Of a stretch of 54,704 nucleotides of DNA, positions 18,694-28,437 are shown in pieces. The position numbers and the translations under genes are program-made. This DNA is from a virus (taxonomy: Duplodnaviria > Caudoviricetes). Within the stretch, counting starts at the first letter, position 1, and every line of letters begins with the position of its first letter. The DNA is taken from positions 1-54,704 of the IMG/VR virus record IMGVR_UViG_3300008448_000108, one strand, 5' to 3'. The notes beneath the pieces were generated by a model that saw only the letters and a list, made by a program, of their open reading frames with translations, was not told where the DNA came from and made no database searches.

Positions 18694-20268
18694 CTAGCTA
18701 AATACTATGCGGCTACTAGAAATTATAGTATCCTGCACTTGATTTTCTGACTTGGTTCTACGTCCAGCTGGAATTGGCCTGCCCTTATCATCAAAAGCAA
18801 CTTTGCTTACTGGCAAGCCTAGGGATGGACAATATAGCTCAACAGAAGTTGGTACTTTGATTAGGTATCCCTTGTCAAAGGCTTCCTTGATTAAGCCATC
18901 TCTAGCTGAACCAGAAGAAGAATGCTTTAAGAGCTGTGTAAATTGATCGAAGGCTACGAGGTACTGATTTCCTCCAAACCTTCTCTGGATTACACTTAGG
19001 GAATCTTCTGCTAATCTATAGTCCTTATTAGCCACGCCATCAACCATTCTATCTAGAAGTTGCTGATATGACATGTCTGCCATTTCACCAGTATCTCTTG
19101 CAATTTTAATTGGAGTGCTATTTGCCTTGAGGCTTGATGCAAATCTAACAAAGCCTTCCTTGCTAAAATCATACACGATCTCTTCACTAGAAGTCTCTGC
19201 AGCAAATTTGCTTGGTAATGCAGCCATGCCATTATGAATTTCTACTGGAACTTTTATTTGGCTCTTACCAAGTTTGGTGGGAATATTTACAGAAAATAAA
19301 ATGGCCTTAGGATTAGATGAGGCAATCTTAATCTCTGCATTCTTAATCCCAAAGCTCCTAAGCTCAGAGTCTAGAGTTGCTATAGCTATATTGATATCGT
19401 TTGTTGAAAACTTTGAAGCTGCAGCAATTAGAGTATTTTCCATTTCGGTAAATTTCTTTAAGCTGTTTGGAACTACAGCCTTTGCAACTTCAACTTCTGG
19501 TTCGAGCCCATCTCTCTGGCTTGCAAACTTAACTTTGGAATTTGAGTTAGAATCCTTTTCGGCTTCTTTAATTGCAGTATAAAGTGATTCTTTATCTAAG
19601 TTAACTGCAAGACCGCCAAGAATTATGTGCTGAGGCTCTCTAGTAACTCCATCTGTAATTTGAACAGGGATTAGGGTAGAGATCTTATTAAACTTTGATG
19701 TCTTGTAGTTTGCAGAGCACAATACAAAGTGATCATTAGAGTGTAAGATATCAACTCCAGATGGAGCATGGCCTAATGAGCTAAGTTTTGATATAACGCT
19801 CTTTTCAACACTTTTATCTTGGCCGGGCTTGAATGATGCGAATGAAGCATTGCCACCCATAGAAAACAATACAGAGAAAGCATTAGAAAGCTCAGAGTCT
19901 TTATAGAGTGGTGCCACTCCTTTTTCTTCCATGGTTCTTAGTGAGGAGTTCTTATAGGCAACCTTTTGAATCTGCCTATCTGCAGGAAGTAAGTCCTCCA
20001 AGGAATTTCTAAAGCCAGTCTGGCCGCCAGAAAAACCATACATCTTATCATAAAGCATACCTATTTGCTTTTGAGTAATAAAATCATTATTGCTTGCAGC
20101 CTTAGAGATAACATCTCTCATATTTCCGATAAGATGATCCTCTGGATATCTTTCGGCTGCCTGCTCTAATCTGCTTATTACATAAGATGTTGGATAAGTT
20201 CTTCCATTTTCTATTCTATCAAGAACTTCTGTTGCTTCTTTTAGTATGTTTTTAACTTGCTTGCTCAT
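18694..20268 (-). CDS. Hypothetical (probable virion) protein, 524 aa, with two similar halves
   Basis: Repeated IPVQITDG / VPVEIHNG blocks; several K-x-A motifs. Confidence 0.75.
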   Translation of the reverse strand: MSKQVKNILKEATEVLDRIENGRTYPTSYVISRLEQAAERYPEDHLIGNMRDVISKAASNNDFITQKQIGMLYDKMYGFSGGQTGFRNSLEDLLPADRQIQKVAYKNSSLRTMEEKGVAPLYKDSELSNAFSVLFSMGGNASFASFKPGQDKSVEKSVISKLSSLGHAPSGVDILHSNDHFVLCSANYKTSKFNKISTLIPVQITDGVTREPQHIILGGLAVNLDKESLYTAIKEAEKDSNSNSKVKFASQRDGLEPEVEVAKAVVPNSLKKFTEMENTLIAAASKFSTNDINIAIATLDSELRSFGIKNAEIKIASSNPKAILFSVNIPTKLGKSQIKVPVEIHNGMAALPSKFAAETSSEEIVYDFSKEGFVRFASSLKANSTPIKIARDTGEMADMSYQQLLDRMVDGVANKDYRLAEDSLSVIQRRFGGNQYLVAFDQFTQLLKHSSSGSARDGLIKEAFDKGYLIKVPTSVELYCPSLGLPVSKVAFDDKGRPIPAGRRTKSENQVQDTIISSSRIVFS

Positions 20269-20271
20269 AAA

Positions 20272-20781
20272 TTATCCTTTTATAATCTTTTTAAATTCTG
20301 GAAATTCATTAACTAAAGCAACGCGCTTTGATTCTGGTTGTTCCAATAATACATCTTTAATAAATTTTTCGTCCTTAGTATTTTCCAATAGCGCACTCTT
20401 AAAGGTAAAAACATCATCATTTTTAAATCCGTATTTATCAGATGAGAATCTGGCAATAGGGATCTTCTTATATGCTAATGTAATATCTTTTTGATCATGG
20501 CTGGTGATGGCGGTCCACTCGCCTCTTGCCTCTAGAGATGGCTGAGGATCGGATGCTCTTACTAAATATTCTTTTCCATCTACGCTCTCAACATTCCATA
20601 GATCTCTATAGGGATCATTAGCGACTCTATAAACGTCAAAAGCTACCTTCTTAATTTCACCAGACTTTTCTAAATCACTGGAAAATGGAATCATATTTTT
20701 GTCGCCAGTATTCTTAGAATTTCTTCTAACAACATCTTCCAATATTCTGTCGATATTTGCTAAATATTTTTCTTTGCGCAT
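20272..20781 (-). CDS. Hypothetical protein (169 aa)
   Basis: Tightly packed ORF; IKKVAFD motif. Confidence 0.7.
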   Translation of the reverse strand: MRKEKYLANIDRILEDVVRRNSKNTGDKNMIPFSSDLEKSGEIKKVAFDVYRVANDPYRDLWNVESVDGKEYLVRASDPQPSLEARGEWTAITSHDQKDITLAYKKIPIARFSSDKYGFKNDDVFTFKSALLENTKDEKFIKDVLLEQPESKRVALVNEFPEFKKIIKG

Positions 20782-20835
20782 TTTGTACCTATCCCTTCTT
20801 ATTTTTCCAGGGTTATTAATAGAAATTGGAAGAAG

Positions 20836-21270
20836 TCACTCTTCAGCCTGAATCTTTGCTTCTTCTATTTTACATAGGAGGTCTTTTATCTTTTTATTAT
20901 TTTTACAAACCTTTTTCAGTTTTTTAATGATTCCACCATATCTCTTCTTATCATTCTTATAATCAATATTCCCGTGCATAGCCTTATGGACTGCTGATTG
21001 TGTAATTCCAAGATGTTCGGCAATTTCATTCTGTGTCTTACCCATAAGCCTCATTAATAATATTTTTTTCTGATGATCTGTTAAAAAATTACTATTAACT
21101 ACATCATATAGCTCATCAAGAAGGGAGTCCTTTAAGTTATCTATAGTGTCACTAACTGAACTTTCAGCAAGTATATAGCCTATTCCACGCTCTTCTGGGA
21201 AGTTATTTAATTTATTTTGTTCAAAAGATATTTCTACAATTTTGTATTGATAAAGCTTGCTCTTATTCAC
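20836..21270 (-). CDS. HTH transcription regulator (sigma-70 region 4-like)
   Basis: LTDHQKKILLMRLMGKTQNEIAEHLGITQSAVHKAM; GTG start with GGAGG RBS. Confidence 0.75.
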   Translation of the reverse strand: MNKSKLYQYKIVEISFEQNKLNNFPEERGIGYILAESSVSDTIDNLKDSLLDELYDVVNSNFLTDHQKKILLMRLMGKTQNEIAEHLGITQSAVHKAMHGNIDYKNDKKRYGGIIKKLKKVCKNNKKIKDLLCKIEEAKIQAEE

Positions 21271-22038
21271 TTATCCCTCCCAATTGGGTATATAGTCTTC
21301 TAATTGGTTGAGAAAAGAATCTTTTGTACCGCCTTGCGCAAAATATTCGTCAACATCCTTGCAGCCTTTTGGCAATAGTAAAAATCTAAGTTTAATTCCA
21401 TGATTGGAGTACTTAGAATAAATTCTTTTCATAGAATTTTCACCACCATCATCACGATCTAATATAAATGTAATCTTCGAAGTATATCGAGCTAATTTTA
21501 ATATATGATTCTTAGAGAATGCTGTACCGCAGATGGCTACGGAGTTTTTAATACCATTCTTATCTAACGCAATATGATCGAAATAACCTTCTACAACAAA
21601 AGCATTTTGTTCTTTTAATATTGCCGACCGAGAATTGTTTAAACCATAAAGATAATTAGCTTTCTTGAAAGAACTATTCTTGTATTTTGGTAAACCCAAA
21701 GCATTTCTCTGTTCTGTGGCTAAAAGTGTTCTACCACCTATTCCCACAACCTCTCCATATTCAGAATGTATTGGAAAAATCAAATAGAAAAACTCCGAAA
21801 ACCTACTGGTATCGGAGTAATCAATTATATTTAGCTTCTGCAAAATAGAAGAGGATACATAAGAATTAAGCTTGGAAACATTCTGTGGAAAATATCCAAT
21901 CTTATATTTCGATACAACTTCTTCATTTAAACCTCGCTGATTGTATATGTAATCTATACATTCTTCGGATTTTGAGAGATTAGAGTGGCAAATAGTTACC
22001 AATTTATCTAGTTCAACAGATACATCTTCTAAATTCAT
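21271..22038 (-). CDS. dnaG: DNA primase catalytic core (DnaG-type TOPRIM) lacking the N-terminal zinc-binding domain
   Basis: RGL...IGY, LIFPI..GEVVGIGGR, PKYKNS, VVEGYFD, ICGTAF, DRDDGG, KDVDE; no CHC2 motif. Confidence 0.9.
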   Translation of the reverse strand: MNLEDVSVELDKLVTICHSNLSKSEECIDYIYNQRGLNEEVVSKYKIGYFPQNVSKLNSYVSSSILQKLNIIDYSDTSRFSEFFYLIFPIHSEYGEVVGIGGRTLLATEQRNALGLPKYKNSSFKKANYLYGLNNSRSAILKEQNAFVVEGYFDHIALDKNGIKNSVAICGTAFSKNHILKLARYTSKITFILDRDDGGENSMKRIYSKYSNHGIKLRFLLLPKGCKDVDEYFAQGGTKDSFLNQLEDYIPNWEG

Positions 22039-22040
22039 AA

Positions 22041-22424
22041 TTACTCCATGTCTTCTGATTGGTCGATATTATCTGCCGGCTCAACGCTATCTTTTTGGTT
22101 TGAAACACTTTTCATAGCAAGCATTGTAAATTTAGTTACATTAAACTTACAATCCCCACTACATCCAACTCCAACCAATTTTGAATCATGTAGCATAGTT
22201 TGAGTTTTCTTTTTACAACTCAAACAATTAAATTGAAATGACTTTCTGTTATCTCTATTTAGCAAGTCACCCTGTTGCTTCATAGTTATTTTTACAAATT
22301 TAGAAACAGGGATCACCTCGTAACAAGAGGTGCAAACAGCTTCATCCTGATCAGGGTCTAAAGATGCGCTTGTGGTAACTTTTTTGCCTTTACATCCTGG
22401 TTTACAATTTACAAGCATTTTCAT
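22041..22424 (-). CDS. Cys-rich zinc-binding hypothetical protein
   Basis: CKPGC, CTSC, CLSC, CSGDC. Confidence 0.7.
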   Translation of the reverse strand: MKMLVNCKPGCKGKKVTTSASLDPDQDEAVCTSCYEVIPVSKFVKITMKQQGDLLNRDNRKSFQFNCLSCKKKTQTMLHDSKLVGVGCSGDCKFNVTKFTMLAMKSVSNQKDSVEPADNIDQSEDME

Positions 22425-22443
22425 ATCCTTTTATTAGTAGAAA

Positions 22444-23610
22444 TTATTCAAAAAGTTCATCTGCTGTTTCTGCAAACTTCTCTTCTCTACCCTCTCCATC
22501 GGTAGTTATATCTGCCCCCTCTAAATACGCTCTCCTAATATCTTCTTCTACTGCATTTTCATTATTCTTAACATATTCAAGAGCAGCCTCACGAGAAGAT
22601 AACTTTTCTCCATTTATGACATACGTTCTATTATTTGGCCTCTCAATTAAGCCATACATACATCCTAGATCTAGAAGCTGCTCATTTTTATAAGCTACGC
22701 CAGCAGTAAAGTTTATGAAAAATTCTGCATTTTTAAAAGGCTTGCCCATTTTATTCTTTTCTACTTTGATGCGAATTTTATGTCCATACTTTTCTTCATT
22801 CTTATCTTCCAGAACATTTTCCGCTCCCGACATTGGTGCAACCATTAACATAACGCTACATGCGTGCTTCCAGGCCGCTCCACCAGGTGTTGTTTCTGGA
22901 TTACCAAACATTACACCAACTTGAGTTTTTACATGATTGATTGCGATAAAGCATACGTTTGAATCGGCAACTGCGGGGGTTAACTTGCGTAGTTCCACAG
23001 TAAGGAATCTTGAAAGTGGTGCAACTTGCATCTTACCTACTTCAGAAGATACCTCTGCAGGAGCTGCCATTGCAGCAACAGAGTCTAATATAATTACGCC
23101 CATTTTTCCAAGGTTTAACTTTACACTCTTATTATTTACCTTATGAGTTATAACTGCACCGCTCTTAATCATTTCTAGCAGGCCTGGAGTAACAGTAGTT
23201 TTTCCAGTTGCCTTGTTAACTTTTGGTCGTCCAACCAGACCTTCAAAAATCTTTAAAGCTTCATTGGTTTTAATCAATAAGACTCTCTCATTGTCAACAC
23301 CTAGTCTAGCAGCCCAATCTGAATCATAAGTATATTCTGCATCAATAAAGCAGCAGCAGTTTTCAGGATCTCGAGATTGCCATTCTGCCATTGCAATCAA
23401 AGCCATGAAGGTTTTGCCAGAAGATGGCTTGCCAGCCATTTGATAGATTCTACCTCTAGCCCAACCACCAATTTGAAGTGCTCGATCTAGGGCAGGGCTT
23501 CTAGTTGTAAATACTGAAACCTTTTCCAACTCATCAGGGTGGCGAACAGTACCACCAAACATTTCATTAATATGTTCCCATGCTTGGGCTTCAGTCATTT
23601 CTTTAGACAT
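22444..23610 (-). CDS. recA: RecA/UvsX recombinase
   Basis: LDRALQIGGWARGRI, GKPSSGKT, FIDAE, ILDSVAA, ETTPGG.AWKH, VEKNK. Confidence 0.95.
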   Translation of the reverse strand: MSKEMTEAQAWEHINEMFGGTVRHPDELEKVSVFTTRSPALDRALQIGGWARGRIYQMAGKPSSGKTFMALIAMAEWQSRDPENCCCFIDAEYTYDSDWAARLGVDNERVLLIKTNEALKIFEGLVGRPKVNKATGKTTVTPGLLEMIKSGAVITHKVNNKSVKLNLGKMGVIILDSVAAMAAPAEVSSEVGKMQVAPLSRFLTVELRKLTPAVADSNVCFIAINHVKTQVGVMFGNPETTPGGAAWKHACSVMLMVAPMSGAENVLEDKNEEKYGHKIRIKVEKNKMGKPFKNAEFFINFTAGVAYKNEQLLDLGCMYGLIERPNNRTYVINGEKLSSREAALEYVKNNENAVEEDIRRAYLEGADITTDGEGREEKFAETADELFE

Positions 23611-23619
23611 TCATTCTCC

Positions 23620-25275
23620 TCAGTGCTTGTGGTTAAGTCCAGTCTCATTTGGTAATCTATATCCAGCAACAGGTTGCCAGCCAGATTGTCTATGTGGATC
23701 ATCAGCGATAACTGCATCAGTAGTTAGAAGTAAAAATGAAATGCTAAAGGCATTCTCTAATGCAGTTCTCGTAACTTTTTTAGGATCAATAACTCCCATG
23801 GTAATTAGATCACCATAAGATTCTGTCGCAGTATTATACCCATATTCTAGAGTTCCAACTTCTAAATCTCCAAGAATTGTTTCTGCGTCAAGACCAGCAT
23901 TTATAATAATTTGTGCCGCAGGTGCTTCGCAAGCGTCTAGCAAAACCTCTGCTGCAGGCCATTGCGATTCGGGCAACTCTTTCCACATTTTATGTCTAAC
24001 CTCACCTGCAGCCTGCCAAAGAGCAAAGCCTCCCCCTACAACGAATCCTTCATCAATGGCCGCCTTGACAGCAAATACCGCATCTTCAACCCTATCTCCC
24101 TTCTCCCTTAGCTCTAGCTCAGTTGAATAGCCTACTGTAATTACAGCAACCTTGCTGCTCAAAAAACCAAGCCTATCTCTAATATCTTTTAATTCTAGAT
24201 CTCCATGTGGATGCTTTAGAGACTCTCTATATAAAGCTGCTCTTTTTGATACTAAATCATGATTTTTATTTGGCCCGATAACCTTTGACTTATTTTCTTC
24301 AACAACAACTCTTGATGCTTGACCCATATGAGATAGGTCAAAGTCAGAGACTGGCAACCCAAAATCTCCACCAATAATTGTAGTATTTGTTAGTGCTGCA
24401 AAATCATATAGCCACTCTCGTCTGTTTTTTCCAAAGTTAGGAATCTTTACAGCACAAAGATTAAGCCTTCCAGCTTTAAAATTAGTTGAAAAGAATGCCA
24501 AACCTTCCTTCTTGAGATCCTTACAGAGCAACAAGATTTCGCCCTGATATCCTGATAGCTTCCTCATTGCATTTTGAAATTCTGTCTCAGCATGAGTGGT
24601 TATATCCCAATCGAAAATTATGATCCTTGGGTCAACCATTTCTCTTTTTGACTCGCCCTTATTTAAAAAGTCTTGAGAAATAAATCCTGCATCAAGCTCA
24701 ATGCCATCAACCAACCTAACAGAATTAGATACTCCTGGCATTGCCTCTGCTGTAACCATACCTTCTCTATCTACCATAATATATGCTTCTGCAATTACTT
24801 TTCCCAAATCGGAATCATTATTTGCAGAAATTGTTGCAATGTCATAGAGGGTTTGGTTATCATTCAATGGACGAGACATTTGGGACAAAGTTGCTACAAC
24901 ATTATTCTTAGCCCAATCCATACCAGCTCGGAATAGTAGTGGGCTATATCCGGAGTTCATTAACTCCAAGCCCCGTTTGAAAATAGAATGAGTCAAAACT
25001 GTTGCAGTAGTAGTACCATCTCCTGCAACAGCCGCTGTACGACCTGCAGCTTCTTTAACTAGCTGGCATCCCAATTCTTCAATAGGATCATCTAGGACTA
25101 CCTCTCTTGCAACAGAAACACCATCCTTTGTAATTGTTGGTGCTCCAATGGTACGTCCAATAATAACATTCCTTCCTCTTGGGCCCATTGTTACTTGCAC
25201 AGTCTTGGCTAGCTTCTCCACACCAGATAAGACCCTATATCTTGCGTCATTTCCATACTCTAATATTTTTGCCAT
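23620..25275 (-). CDS. groEL: GroEL-like chaperonin (phage-encoded)
   Basis: VTMGPRGRNV, ITKDGVSVA, AGDGTTTATVL, DRVEDA, VVGGG, GVIDPKKV. Confidence 0.95.
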   Translation of the reverse strand: MAKILEYGNDARYRVLSGVEKLAKTVQVTMGPRGRNVIIGRTIGAPTITKDGVSVAREVVLDDPIEELGCQLVKEAAGRTAAVAGDGTTTATVLTHSIFKRGLELMNSGYSPLLFRAGMDWAKNNVVATLSQMSRPLNDNQTLYDIATISANNDSDLGKVIAEAYIMVDREGMVTAEAMPGVSNSVRLVDGIELDAGFISQDFLNKGESKREMVDPRIIIFDWDITTHAETEFQNAMRKLSGYQGEILLLCKDLKKEGLAFFSTNFKAGRLNLCAVKIPNFGKNRREWLYDFAALTNTTIIGGDFGLPVSDFDLSHMGQASRVVVEENKSKVIGPNKNHDLVSKRAALYRESLKHPHGDLELKDIRDRLGFLSSKVAVITVGYSTELELREKGDRVEDAVFAVKAAIDEGFVVGGGFALWQAAGEVRHKMWKELPESQWPAAEVLLDACEAPAAQIIINAGLDAETILGDLEVGTLEYGYNTATESYGDLITMGVIDPKKVTRTALENAFSISFLLLTTDAVIADDPHRQSGWQPVAGYRLPNETGLNHKH

Positions 25276-25550
25276 TATACACCTCTAAAAATTTCAAGGT
25301 TAAATAAAATTATTTGTTGCGCTTCTTCGGGTAAAGAGTCAAATACTTCCTCTAGGGATTTATAATGTTTATTTTGATAAATCCAATCTCCGGCATAGCT
25401 GTCTAAAATTACCCCACAGGAAAATGTAATCTTTGTATGAAATTTTACATATCTGCTGCCGGTACTTGAGAGGACTATATTTGGCGGATATGCAGGATAC
25501 GCCATCGGAATTATTTCTATTTTAAATCCAGATTCAGATATTTCATCCAA
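25275..25550 (-). CDS. Hypothetical protein (91 aa)
   Basis: TTG start with GAGGA RBS; stop overlaps the groEL start; no GroES motifs. Confidence 0.6.
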   Translation of the reverse strand: MDEISESGFKIEIIPMAYPAYPPNIVLSSTGSRYVKFHTKITFSCGVILDSYAGDWIYQNKHYKSLEEVFDSLPEEAQQIILFNLEIFRGV

Positions 25551-25557
25551 GCTATCC

Positions 25558-26109
25558 TCACTTCGGCCTTTTCTTTCCCCTATCTAGAAAATAGCCTAGA
25601 GCTACTATGATGGAATCGGCTTCGTCGTAGGATTCCTTCTTGATATTACCAACCTTATTATTTGGCGTCAAAAAATTATTAAATGTTTTCTTACAGAAAC
25701 TCATAACATCTTCTTTGTCGCTTATATCACAATTAAAGTGATCTTTGACCAATTTTCTAAGAGTTGTTACTGGCATTCTAATTGGTTGTTTTTTTGAAAC
25801 TCTATATGCCGCCAGACCGCAAACCTCGTTGAATGAGGATAGTATAAGAATTGTATTTGCAGAGCTTTTACCTTTTGAAAACTTTTTTGCATAGTCTTCT
25901 ATGGCTATTACATCTGGATTTTCTTTTTTAACCAACTCAGTTATAGCATCAAAGGCATAATTTAACCTAAGAGAAAAGTTATCATCAGACTTCTTCTTTG
26001 AAATTGGTTTTATATTTCCATACTTAACAAGCGAAAAATTCTCTCCATCTGCTTCTAGTAAAGACCAGCCAATTGTAGCGGATGAGATATCCAAACCTAA
26101 TATAAGCAT
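25558..26109 (-). CDS. ruvC: RuvC-like Holliday junction resolvase
   Basis: ILGLDISS..IGW, VIAIED, YDEADSI acidic catalytic pattern. Confidence 0.85.
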   Translation of the reverse strand: MLILGLDISSATIGWSLLEADGENFSLVKYGNIKPISKKKSDDNFSLRLNYAFDAITELVKKENPDVIAIEDYAKKFSKGKSSANTILILSSFNEVCGLAAYRVSKKQPIRMPVTTLRKLVKDHFNCDISDKEDVMSFCKKTFNNFLTPNNKVGNIKKESYDEADSIIVALGYFLDRGKKRPK

Positions 26110-26152
26110 TTTAACTCCATTAGGTTTATATTACCAAATGAAAAGTTAAACT

Positions 26153-26695
26153 CTAAGACTCCCAGAAGATCTTATCGCTTCTTCTATAGTTTTTTAAATT
26201 CTCTCTGGCTTCTTCCTCTACAAAATGGAGATCTTCAAATATTAGATAATTATTTGGAAGTAAGGCAAATTGTCCAGAAAATAGATTAATTAAGTTTAAA
26301 GGTTTGTGCTCCTGGGGGTATCGACTATATCCATCTTTATAATCAATAATAATTCCAGTATGCCGACCCTCACTTTGAAAAGGCTGCATTATTTTGCAGC
26401 GTAGCCCCTCCAGGTATCTTGAATGAATAACATCCATATCTTCACCCATAGATGCCCAGGGCATGAGATCACTCTCCTTAATTGAAAAGTCTTGTGAGGT
26501 AGATAGGCAGTGGATTGGAATCCCGCTCCAATGAGCACCTGATTCAAGCATTACATGACACATAATTATTTGGCCCAATCTAGAATAACACCCCCACCAA
26601 ATACCCTTTGTTATTCCTGGTGGCATTTTAGGTCCTAAAAAACTATTATCAACATTAATGTAAAAATGATAAGGTAATTCTATATGCTTTCCCAT
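26153..26695 (-). CDS. Phage-type hypothetical protein (likely start MGKHIELP)
   Basis: GGAGAG RBS before ATG 26695; HVMLESGAHW...GQFALLPNN. Confidence 0.7.
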   Translation of the reverse strand: MGKHIELPYHFYINVDNSFLGPKMPPGITKGIWWGCYSRLGQIIMCHVMLESGAHWSGIPIHCLSTSQDFSIKESDLMPWASMGEDMDVIHSRYLEGLRCKIMQPFQSEGRHTGIIIDYKDGYSRYPQEHKPLNLINLFSGQFALLPNNYLIFEDLHFVEEEARENLKNYRRSDKIFWES

Positions 26696-26703
26696 AAACT
26701 CTC

Positions 26704-26756
26704 CAAAAAGAAACCCCCAAAACACACGCACGCACGCACGTATGAATCAGGGGCTG
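26704..26756 (-). terminator. Terminator-like hairpin enclosing an alternating purine/pyrimidine (GCAC)n tract
   Basis: AGCCCC...GGGGGTT stem followed by TCTTTTT on the minus strand, after the SSB gene; 23-nt alternating tract at 26722-26744. Confidence 0.5.
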
Positions 26757-26772
26757 TAATCTATTTTACTTT

Positions 26773-27453
26773 TTAGCTTTCAAAGTTAAAAAACTCATCA
26801 TCCTCATCTGCAGACTGCTTTGATTTTGAAGCACCCTTAGTTTCAGCCTTAGCCTTAGTAGCACTGGTTGCAGAAGCATCACCTTCGCCCCAGCCCATAA
26901 CCTCACGAACAGAGTCGGGAGATGCAGGCTGTGTTAGCTTGGACATATCTACACGATCATTGAACTTCTGGAATGCTTCCTTAAAAGTTCCTTCTAGTGG
27001 AGACTTTGGACGTGGAGTAACTCGATAAAGTGGTTGAGTACCAGGAGTTCCTCGTTCGATGGTGATGTCATAGCCGGTTACTGGACCCCAATCTTCATCT
27101 AGATAAAGAGTTTTAATTCCATTGTAAATTTGACTACCAATTTCTAGAAGCTTAAACTCATTGGTGGCACGATCAAGAACCTTGATTAGCCAACGTGGAC
27201 GACGCTTAAATCCAGTATCTTCAAGCTTACGAACAAGCTTCTGATCACTAATTGGAGAATTTACCTTTCGCTTCTTTCCATCTGGAGTGTCTAGCCAGTG
27301 AATATAAAACTGAACTGGGTTACCCATTACGCGAACTCGGCTCTTGCCTACATCAATTCGCATAAAGTCACTCTTAAGACTCTGACCTCCGCTACCATCA
27401 CTTACATCCCCTGAATTCCAATCAATTTCACCAAATACTACATCTGTACCCAT
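26773..27453 (-). CDS. Single-stranded DNA-binding protein (gp32-like)
   Basis: RVRVMG..FYIHW, VLDR...KLLEIG, GYDITIER.G, acidic/aromatic tail DEDDEFFNFES; recombination-gene context. Confidence 0.7.
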   Translation of the reverse strand: MGTDVVFGEIDWNSGDVSDGSGGQSLKSDFMRIDVGKSRVRVMGNPVQFYIHWLDTPDGKKRKVNSPISDQKLVRKLEDTGFKRRPRWLIKVLDRATNEFKLLEIGSQIYNGIKTLYLDEDWGPVTGYDITIERGTPGTQPLYRVTPRPKSPLEGTFKEAFQKFNDRVDMSKLTQPASPDSVREVMGWGEGDASATSATKAKAETKGASKSKQSADEDDEFFNFES

Positions 27454-27529
27454 GCTCTCTCCTTTGTTGTTGTTGTTGACTGATATGGCTTAATGCCAAT
27501 GGCGTCTTTACTTTTGTTTTGTTTTTTGG

Positions 27530-28117
27530 CTAATCCTGCCAATCAATTTCGCCACAAATGTCATCCTCGTCTCTTTCTTTTTCATCATCAAAACCAGGAG
27601 GACCATAACCCGACTGGCGACGTGCCGAGCTAACCTCTTCTTTATACCCACCGGACTGGTAATTTCCAAGCATTTCTAGAGAATAATCTCTCTTTAGGAA
27701 GGTCTTGAAGGCATAATGCCAGCCCGAAAAGTAATTTGCTTTATTTTCCAACCATCGTTTGGCAGCCTTAGCTACCGCGACTTCGTTACAGGCATCAATA
27801 TAATCATCGTCAGCTTGAGCGAACCACTCCTTGTTTTTTACAACCTTGTGTCCTGCTGCACCAGCTTTTGTTAGTGCGGCAGCAGTCCAAGCCTTGCTTC
27901 TTGCACCCTCCTTTATAGAAATCAAACGATCTATCTTAATAATAAGTTCCTGACAGGCATTCTGTGCGTGAAGGGTCAAAACCAAGCCACGCTCTGCAAT
28001 GTTGATGTCCATTACGCCATTTCGAGGAAGGCAATCAGAAAACTCATCAATTTCTGTTGTGTCAATATCTTCTACTGAAAAATTATCTACCCTGATCTTT
28101 TCTTTAAAAGTTCCCAT
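27530..28117 (-). CDS. UvsY-like recombination mediator (tentative)
   Basis: Helical; KEWFAQADDDY block resembles the UvsY pattern; adjacent to SSB. Confidence 0.4.
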   Translation of the reverse strand: MGTFKEKIRVDNFSVEDIDTTEIDEFSDCLPRNGVMDINIAERGLVLTLHAQNACQELIIKIDRLISIKEGARSKAWTAAALTKAGAAGHKVVKNKEWFAQADDDYIDACNEVAVAKAAKRWLENKANYFSGWHYAFKTFLKRDYSLEMLGNYQSGGYKEEVSSARRQSGYGPPGFDDEKERDEDDICGEIDWQD

Positions 28118-28131
28118 ACTTACTCCAACTG

Positions 28132-28437
28132 TTATCCATCTTTAGGAAAAATAACCTTTTCAAGAGCTTGAATTCGTGCATCCATCTTATCAAGCTTTTC
28201 TACCCAAGCATCAAGCTTTCTAAGCTTTTGATTGTGCATTACATTTAATAGAAAAAATATAAGAAGCATAGCAGTAGGCTGTGATGGTGATGGTGTAATA
28301 GCAATAATATGTCCATCTTCATTACTCTTAAATAAGCCAAGAAAGGCATCCTTCCCAAAATTTTTTTCCAAGTCTTGATAATATTCAAACTCTTCCTTTG
28401 TCAAATCTAGACGTTGGTTAGCTATTGCCTTTATCAT
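28132..28437 (-). CDS. Hypothetical protein (101 aa)
   Basis: ATGA overlap with the upstream gene; short hydrophobic stretch then coiled coil. Confidence 0.7.
   Translation of the reverse strand: MIKAIANQRLDLTKEEFEYYQDLEKNFGKDAFLGLFKSNEDGHIIAITPSPSQPTAMLLIFFLLNVMHNQKLRKLDAWVEKLDKMDARIQALEKVIFPKDG

Noticed and set aside
25275-25550. 91-aa ORF upstream of groEL as GroES
   Set aside because: Size and position fit, but the PLxDRV, mobile-loop GGI and VGxG motifs are missing
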